Below, piece after piece: positions 57,092 through 64,000 of a DNA stretch of 64,000 nt. A model generated the notes under the pieces. That model did no database searches and was not told the origin of the DNA. It saw only the letters and a program-made list of their open reading frames with translations. Location of the stretch: positions 480,001 to 544,000 of the forward strand of contig CAVTTL010000001.1 of NCBI GenBank assembly GCA_963737635.1, given 5' to 3'. A program made the translations under genes and the position numbers. This stretch comes from an uncultured Methanoregulaceae archaeon (lineage in GTDB: Archaea; Halobacteriota; Methanomicrobia; Methanomicrobiales; Methanospirillaceae). Each line of letters starts with the position of its first letter. The stretch's first letter is position 1.

Positions 57092-57295
57092 GTGTATAAA
57101 GTGCTGGAAACGAACGGTAAGCTAACGCAGAAGGATCTCATCCGTGAGACTGCACTTCCGTCACGTACTGTTCGGTACGCATTGAACAGGCTCAAGAACG
57201 AAAAGTTCTTGATCGAACATTATTACTTCATTGATGCGCGGCAAAGCCTGTACGGCCTGAACACCAAACCGCAGGAAGAGGTGGTTGCTGTATGA
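57092..57295 (+). CDS. Small archaeal winged-helix DNA-binding protein (true start probably further upstream)
   Basis: In-frame upstream LPPSAKL, then VYKVLE..GKLTQKDL..ETALPSRTVRYALNRL..DARQSLY. Confidence 0.85.
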   Translation: MYKVLETNGKLTQKDLIRETALPSRTVRYALNRLKNEKFLIEHYYFIDARQSLYGLNTKPQEEVVAV

Positions 57296-57782
57296 TGCGT
57301 CCTATGTGTACAACTGGCACGTTCCTCATTTTTCCGGGACAGTGGTAATCCACCACCGTCCCCACTATAATTTTTTTTGGTGATTGCTTAATTAAAGCCA
57401 CCAGGAATCAGTACTATTATGGAAAAAATTCAAAAAATCTCATTTATTTTCCGATATGGAGACGTTCATGGGGGCTTCTCCCCCGCCACTGGGGCTTCCC
57501 CTATGTTGCGATGATGCCGTATTACCTAATCTCATGAAATAATTTGAATTTTCTTGATCTGACTCATATTTCATGTGGAATATCAATCACATGAAAAATT
57601 TTAGTGGCACCAAATGATGAATCACCTTTTTTTATTTTCTCCGCTCCCGTGATGTTACGTTTCCTCGATGTATTTGGGCTCTTTTGAGGATTGGTTCCGG
57701 ATTTAAGAGGAATTTAAAAAAGGTAATAAGGCTTTGGAAAAGTCATCTCGTTAATCCGGCAGACTTATTTTCGAGAGACCCA

Positions 57783-59043
57783 TTAGAGCGGCTTATCAGT
57801 GATAGGTATTCCGGCGGCAACCATACGCTCGCGGATCAGGTCCGCAATGTCAAACTGTTTTTTTGCCCGCAGTTCTGCACGTATATCCTGCAGGACACTG
57901 AGCGGCGCACTTGTCTCACGCAGGAAATTGATGCCGAGAATCTCCCCGTTCTCCCGCAATGCCTCAAGATCGCCGCTTGCTGCAAGTGCCTGGATTGCTG
58001 CCATTGCCATGGGCGTGTTGAGATCAGATTCCATAGCATCGACAAACGCTTTCCGTCCCTTCGTATCTGGCCCCTTATCTTTGGTTGCAATAGCCCGGAT
58101 ATGGTCGAGCCCCCGGGCGGCGTTAGCAAACCCCTCATTAGTTGCCTGGAGCGGCGACCGGTAATGGGAGAGAAGGATGAAGTACCGGAGTATATCTTTA
58201 TTCCATGTTTTGAGAGTATCCCGGATCGTGACAAAGTTCCCCAGAGACTTGGACATCTTTTCGCCTTTTAGCGTAAGAAATCCCGTGTGCAACCAGTATC
58301 TCACCATCGGATGCCTTCCTTCCAAGGACTCCATCTGGGCGATTTCCGCCTCGTGGTGAGGGAAAATCAGAATCTAATCCCCCGCCGTGGATATCGTACT
58401 GCTGGCCGAAGTATTTCTCGGAGATCGCTGTGTCCTCGATATGCCAGCCGGGCCGTCCCCTGCCCCAGGGGGATTCCCAGGTGTACTCCCCGAATTCACC
58501 GAGTTTCCAGAGCACAAAATCCAGAGGGTTGTGCTTAGTTGCGTCGGTTATGCGGCTGACACGCTTTACCCGTTCCTGCCCTGAAAGTTCCCCGTTATGC
58601 CCGAATGTGTCGAGATTGAAATAAACGCCGGTGTCCGTGATATACGCCACATCTCTTTCGACGAGCCGCTGTACCTGGTTGATGATCTCGGGGATATGAG
58701 TGGTAGCCCGGGCATAGTAACTGACAGCGTTGATCCCAAGGGCGTGCATATCCCGGAGGTATTCAGTCTCAAACTTCCTTGCAAGGACACTCTGGGGCAT
58801 GCCCTCCTCTTTTGCACGGTTGATAATCTTGTCGTCAACATCCGTGATATTCTGGAGATAGAATACTTCTTTGCCGGTCGACCGGAGGTACTTTGCAAGG
58901 ACGTCAAAGACAACATATGTCCTAGCATGACCCAGATGCGCGTAATCATAAACGGTCGGACCGCAGACAAAAAGCGCGACCCTGTCCGGGTTGAGAGTCA
59001 CAAGCGGTTCAACGGTTCTTGACAACGTATTATACAGTTCCAT
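57783..59043 (-). CDS. cysS: Cysteinyl-tRNA synthetase, compact (~420 aa; frameshift near 58370)
   Basis: CGPTVYD..HLGHAR, NITDVDDKI, DFVLWK, SPWGRGRPGWHIE, DIHGGG.DL.FPHHE, KMSKSLGN, ADLIR. Confidence 0.93.
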
Positions 59044-59064
59044 AGCAGTGATCCTCTTTTTTGA

Positions 59065-59137
59065 CGCCGGCGGAGGGAGTCGAACCCCCAGACATTCGCT
59101 TTGCAGGCGAAGGCATTTACCGCTCTGCCACACCGGC
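59065..59137 (-). tRNA. Atypical tRNA-Cys(GCA) (A37, apparent G73)
   Basis: GCCGGTG/CGCCGGC acceptor followed by G; TTCGC-CTGCAAA-GCGAA anticodon arm; GGGGG-TTCGACT-CCCTC T arm; 21 nt before the cysS ATG. Confidence 0.88.
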
Positions 59138-59182
59138 TTTTTTCCAAGGACTTGTGTTTCGGATTATTGAACATTTGTGTGA

Positions 59183-59197
59183 GTTCACAATTGTCAA
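59183..59197. promoter_or_regulatory. Operator candidate upstream of tRNA-Cys/cysS
   Basis: GTTCACAATTGTCAA (minus strand TTGACAATTGTGAAC). Confidence 0.65.
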
Positions 59198-59734
59198 TAT
59201 TCGCGTAATGTCAAATATCAGAGATGACAATACCGATCTTTTGCTGCTCATTGGTGTCATCTTATCTTTTCTGACAGGAGATGTGCATGAAATGTGCGGC
59301 TCTGTCATGAAAAAGAATATTATCCCCGGGAAGGCTAACGAATCTCCCGGGCACCATGAAGGGAGGCGATGTAGTTGTGCTGGTGCATGAGGCTTTTTAA
59401 ATTCCGGTAGAGATATCGGCCATCACGGGCGAGATGCCGCCTATGACCCTTCCGGGTTGGGTGCGAGGACGTGAAATCAGGATATGGTGCTCGCCGACAC
59501 ATACCAGGGATCACAGGTCATCCACAGATTATAGTGAGTGCATCCAATCGTGAGACTTTATCGATCAACCTCCGAAGCGTACAATACTGCCCGGAGCTCC
59601 GGATACCGCTGAATCGTTCCACCGGCTTTACCGGTAGTATGTCAGCAAAGGCCCGGGTAGCGGGACCGGGTATATCCCGGCCTGCTGATGGTCCATCGAT
59701 ATTCGCGTGGTGTGCGTTCGTGGCTATTTTTCCC

Positions 59735-59750
59735 GTTCACCTTTGTGAAC
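59735..59750. promoter_or_regulatory. Additional operator candidate in the cysS-cysK intergenic region
   Basis: GTTCACCTTTGTGAAC (GTTCAC-N4-GTGAAC inverted repeat). Confidence 0.5.
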
Positions 59751-59877
59751 AACCAATATGGTCCGTGAAAAGTATTATACCCTGATTTTGCGTCATATTT
59801 TGCCGCCAAATTTATATTTTCCTGAAGAACAGTAGTTTTTTGCTGGAAACCAAGGTATAATATCTGGCTCTATACAA

Positions 59878-59892
59878 TTAACAATTGTGAAC
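59878..59892. promoter_or_regulatory. Operator candidate upstream of cysK
   Basis: TTAACAATTGTGAAC, downstream of TATAATA (59856-59862). Confidence 0.68.
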
Positions 59893-59946
59893 TTCCGGAA
59901 CCTCGCCGGTTTGTGCGGGATGTTCCAGAGTCATAGAGGGAACAGT

Positions 59947-60879
59947 ATGACAAAAATTTATGAGAATATTACAGCAACAATAGGCAACACCCCGCTCGTA
60001 CGGCTGAACCGCCTTACCAGCGGTGCCGGCGCAACGGTGGTTGCCAAGCTTGAATCGTTCAACCCACTGAGCAGCGTCAAGGACCGGATCGGAGTTGCAA
60101 TGCTCGATGATGCTGAAAAGCGCGGGTTGATCAAAAAGGATACGATCATTCTCGAACCAACAAGCGGCAATACCGGGATTGCGCTTGCGTTCGTGAGTGC
60201 GGCCCGGGGATATAAACTCACGCTGGTGATGCCGGAGACCATGAGTGTCGAGCGGCGGAGACTGGCAAAAGCATTCGGTGCGGAGCTGGTGCTTACACCG
60301 GGTGCTGAAGGGATGAAAGGGGCTGTATCCAAGGCCGAGAAGATGGCAGCAGAGAACCCGAAGTACTTTTACATTCCCCAGCAGTTCAACAACCTGGCCA
60401 ACCCGGCAATCCACCGGAAGACTACTGCTGAAGAGATCTGGCGCGACACAGACGGAAAGGTCGATATTGTCATCGCCGGCGTGGGGACGGGAGGAACGAT
60501 CACTGGTATCGCAGACGTGATCAAGAAGAGAAAACCTTCGTTCCGTGCGATTGCCGTTGAACCCGATGCTTCCCCGGTACTCTCCGGAGGGTCTCCCGGT
60601 CCTCACCGCATCCAGGGAATCGGCGCAGGTTTTGTCCCGGAGGTACTCAAGCGCGAGCTAGTGGACGAGATTATTCGTGTCAAAAATGAGGATGCCTTTG
60701 AAATTACGCGGAGACTGGCAAAAGAGGAAGGTATCCTTGCCGGGATCTCCAGCGGCGCAGCGACCTATGCAGCACTTGCGGTCGCAGCGCGTCCGGAAAA
60801 CAAGGGCAAGCTCATTGTCGTTATCCTGCCCGACACCGGGGAACGCTACTTAAGTATCCCCGACCTGTTTGTGGAATAA
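59947..60879 (+). CDS. cysK: Cysteine synthase A (O-acetylserine sulfhydrylase)
   Basis: [52 protein letters not shown]. Confidence 0.96.
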   Translation: MTKIYENITATIGNTPLVRLNRLTSGAGATVVAKLESFNPLSSVKDRIGVAMLDDAEKRGLIKKDTIILEPTSGNTGIALAFVSAARGYKLTLVMPETMSVERRRLAKAFGAELVLTPGAEGMKGAVSKAEKMAAENPKYFYIPQQFNNLANPAIHRKTTAEEIWRDTDGKVDIVIAGVGTGGTITGIADVIKKRKPSFRAIAVEPDASPVLSGGSPGPHRIQGIGAGFVPEVLKRELVDEIIRVKNEDAFEITRRLAKEEGILAGISSGAATYAALAVAARPENKGKLIVVILPDTGERYLSIPDLFVE

Positions 60880-60890
60880 GTGAGACGGTC

Positions 60891-61857
60891 ATGATTTTTG
60901 ATCGTCTCCGGGAGGATATCCGAGCTGATTTTCTCCAAGGATCCTGCTGCCCGCTCCACTCTTGAGGTCCTCTTCTGTTACCCGGGGCTTCACGCCCTCT
61001 GGTTCCACCGCAGGGCCCACTGGCTCTGGATCCACGACCTGAAATTCTGGGCCCGGTTCGTTTCCCATATAGGCAGGTTCCTCACCGGGATTGAGATCCA
61101 TCCCGGTGCCATAATCGGGCGGCGGGTGGTCATCGACCATGGTATGGGGGTCGTTATCGGCGAGACAGCCGAGATTGGGGATGATGTCCTCATCTACATG
61201 GGTGTGGTGCTCGGCGGCACGGCGCTCGAGAATGTCAAGCGCCACCCGACTGTCGAGGACGGTGTGATCCTTGGATCCGGCGCTATCGTCCTTGGTCCCA
61301 TCCGTATCGGTAAGGGCGCAAAGGTCGGTGCCGGGTCAGTTGTAGTCCGGTCCGTCCCGCCCGGTGCGACGGTTGTCGGTGTTCCGGGCAGGATCGCCGG
61401 CCCGGAGCCTGGTTCCCCAGATGAGACGATCGAAGAGGTGATGCCCGACCCGATGCTCCGGGTGGTGAGCCGGCTGCTGGACCGGCAGAACCAGCTCGAG
61501 GAACGGCTCCGCACTTTCGAGCAGGCGCAGCCAGGCCCAATCTCCCCCGCAACCCGGCAGGAGATCGTCTGCGAGAACGAGATCCGAGAAGCGTTAAAGG
61601 AAGTGATTGATCCCGAGGTAGGTATTGATATCGTTGACCTCGGGCTCATCAAGGAGATACGGGTGAAAGGCACCAGCGTAGAGATCGACATGGTCCTTAC
61701 CTGCAAAGCCTGCCCCCTCTCCGATCACCTCTCCGGGCAGGTGCAGCGCAAGGCGTTCGGAGTCTGCGGCATTGAGCACGTTACCGTGAACGTGCTTGAC
61801 GAGCCGTGGAACTGGGACCGGTTTGTGAAGCAACGGGGAAACTTCAGACAGATCTGA
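60891..61857 (+). CDS. cysE: Serine O-acetyltransferase fused to a C-terminal DUF59/SufT (FeS_assembly_P) domain (frameshift near 60926)
   Basis: [10 protein letters not shown] / [38 protein letters not shown]; then [25 protein letters not shown]. Confidence 0.92.
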
Positions 61858-62193
61858 GCCCTTGCCTAAGGTATGCCAGGATTTCTTTTTGATCCGCGGC
61901 AAAAACGCAGAGACCGAAGCAAGATAAATTACTTTATTTTTGATACATGGCAAATCCCACCATGAAGCATACCGGCACGTACTTACGCAACGCATCACGT
62001 TCGGATCCATTCCCTTCTGAATCCGTAATCCCCTAAGTAACCCGGCAAGTGGTTGCCCGGAAAAACACGAAAAATCCGGCCTATCGCCCCTCGAGAGTTG
62101 GCTTTTCTTTAAAGAGTATACTTTAAATGACAATAAGTAAAATCTATATTACATATTTCCTCTCGCGTTCTCTAAAAAATTTTTGAGGTTTCC

Positions 62194-62590
62194 ATGAAGA
62201 GACGACACGTAATTTTTAGTTTAATCCTGTTGTTGCTTGTAATATCGACAGCAGCCTATGCAAGACTCAGCTTCAAGCAGTTCTACCACTGCTTCGAGCA
62301 GTTCTGGCAGTTCAACGAGCAGCACGAGCAGTTCAACGATCAACCAGGCAGCATTGGTCACGGTCACAAACGTGACCATGGACCCGCAATCGTTCTTCCC
62401 CGGGGATCAGGGCACCGTTACCGTCACCCTCACAAACGACGGAACATCTGCCATGGGGCTTTCCCACCCGGACCTCATGAGTACTCACCTCAGTGTTCAG
62501 GATAACGACTGGGAGGACATGAGTTTTGTCGGTGCCGGATCGACTATCACGTACACGCTCATGTTCACGGTAAAACCACCGGACGAGTGA
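62194..62590 (+). pseudogene. Truncated secreted (COG1361/S-layer-like) gene fragment
   Basis: Signal peptide and Ser/Thr-rich tract, then VTNVTMDPQSFFPGDQGTVTVTLTN; frameshifted and stops after about 130 aa. Confidence 0.6.
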
Positions 62591-62600
62591 AACGACGGGT

Positions 62601-62684
62601 CTTGTTGTGACCCATGAACCGGAGATCACAGAATTTGCCCACTTTACACTCATAAGGGGGGACGGGAGGATTGCAGGATCATGA
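62601..62684 (+). pseudogene. C-terminal remnant of an ABC transporter ATP-binding subunit
   Basis: LVVTHEPEITEFAHFTLIRGDGRIAGS* (H-loop plus DGRI tail); the TGA overlaps the permease ATG (ATGA). Confidence 0.7.
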
Positions 62685-63906
62685 TCAAAGGGGACATTTT
62701 CTTTAGCCTTGCGGTCAGGAGCGTCAGGCTGAATTTCCTTCGATCGATGCTCGCTGCAATTGGCATCGTGATCGGCGTCGTTGCCATATCGTCCATGGGA
62801 ATGCTCGGCACCAACATGCAGCTGGAGGTAAAAGACCAGCTTCTTCCAGCGCAAACACCATCGTCGTCTCCTCGGATACGGTCAGGATGGGTCCGGTCGG
62901 ATTCAACCCGTCTTCATCCGCGGCTTCCGGGGTGACAAAAAGTGAGCTCACAAAGATCAACATTGTTGTAGGATCTAATGGCACAGTAATCCCGATTTAT
63001 TCCACAAACACCGAGTTTACCATCAATTCAATCCCGGGCAGGGGTTCAGTCTACGGCCTCAACCCCATAGATATCCCCAAGTTCCTGTCCCTGAACCAAT
63101 CGTATGGTAACGGGACGACAGATCTCGGATTAAGTCAGGTTCTGGTCGGGGCAGATATTGCAGAAAATTTTAACCTCAAAGTCGGGAGTCGCATCAGGAT
63201 CGGATCGTTCTCATCGGCATCGCGGCCCGAGCTTCGCATAGCCGGGGTCCTTCAACCCCGGGGGACTGTTGCTGACGGCGTCTCTACGGACAACGGGATC
63301 GTTGTGAACGACAATTGGTTTACTAACCAGTACGGCGGAGAAGACGAGTGGAATCAGGTCAACGTTATTGTCAACGATATTGATAATATCAGTGACATAG
63401 AATCGGCGATCAGTTCAAAAATCAACATCAATGCAAAATCCCCGGTTATCCGGATCCGGGATGCTACCTCGCAGCTAGCGACAGAGACCTCCGCATTGAG
63501 TACGGTGACGACATTTATCATGGCTATCGGTGGGATCTCGCTCCTTGTTGCCGCCGTGAGTATCTTCAATGTGATGATGATGTCCGTAAGTGAGCGGATA
63601 CAGGAAATCGGTATCCTGCTCTCCATCGGAACCGAGAAAAACGAGGTGCGCCGGATGTTCCTGTACGAGGCATTTATCCTGGGGCTCTTGGGTGCAGGTG
63701 TCGGTGGAATCTGCAGCTTGGCTATTGGTTACACCGTAGTGGAAGCTATGATTGGAACAACGGCGTATTTCTTCCAGCCGGCAAGTATCATGTACGTCCC
63801 GGCAGCCATGCTTATTGGTGTGGTGGTCTGCGTCATCTCCGGGATGTACCCCGCCTGGAGGGCATCCAATATGGATCCCATTGATGCGATCAGGAGCGAA
63901 GAGTGA
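62681..63906 (+). CDS. MacB/FtsX-type ABC transporter permease (frameshift near 62845)
   Basis: RSMLAAIGIVIGVVAI, IGGISLLVAAVSIFNVMMMSVSERIQEIG, YPAWRASNMDPIDAIR; paralog of 22608-23796. Confidence 0.9.
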
Positions 63907-64000
63907 GCGTCCCCCCAGATCCTGTAATAAGAGGCGATTGAGTCATAATCCCCGGTTTTTAAAAATTTCAACCCACTGATTTTTCCGACGTCCCGAAGAA

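Noticed and set aside
59044-59133. ORF-track N-terminal extension of cysS (MWQSGKCLRLQSEC...)
   Set aside because: It is a translation of the tRNA gene; ATG 59043 has a GAGGA SD and gives the typical MELYNTL start.
59224-59274. Short ORF MTIPIFCCSLVSSYLF as a Cys-sensing leader peptide
   Set aside because: About 670 bp from cysK, upstream of the apparent cysK promoter, with no attenuator structure seen.
62260-62345. AGCAGTTC-type short repeats as a CRISPR or VNTR
   Set aside because: They encode a Ser/Thr-rich linker; there are no constant repeats with unique spacers.

Overview
Chromosomal window from a hydrogenotrophic methanogenic archaeon, most consistent with Methanomicrobiales (Methanoregula-like). 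This is inferred from the gene set: archaeal NusA, Dph5, two UppS-family genes, SepCysS, rhodanese-less ThiI, FmdE and DUF2193. 1-15.6 kb is housekeeping (leuBDC-type cluster, hisE, dph5, uppS, tRNA-Thr). About 15.7-34 kb is an accessory stress region with a complete Ku/LigD NHEJ operon (PolDom-Ku-[Lig+PE]-EVE), a ClC channel, a P-type H+-ATPase and a bacterial-type GAPDH. About 34-50 kb holds thiME, a PAPS-reductase/cysteine-desulfurase fusion, a DUF2193-DUF2180-aquaporin operon and regulators. About 50.7-61.9 kb is a cysteine/sulfur island (thiI, metX, metY, pscS, three tRNA-Cys(GCA)-type genes, a wHTH regulator, cysS, cysK, cysE-DUF59). The most notable signals are a palindrome (consensus ~TTCACAATTGTGAAC) in front of each apparent transcription unit of that island, an atypical G73 tRNA-Cys just upstream of an atypical CysRS, a degenerate tRNA-Cys, and a possible PolDom-Ku fusion. 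Many genes carry single-base frameshifts, probably assembly indels, so single-base claims need read-level confirmation. No CRISPR array, rRNA, integrase or transposase was seen.
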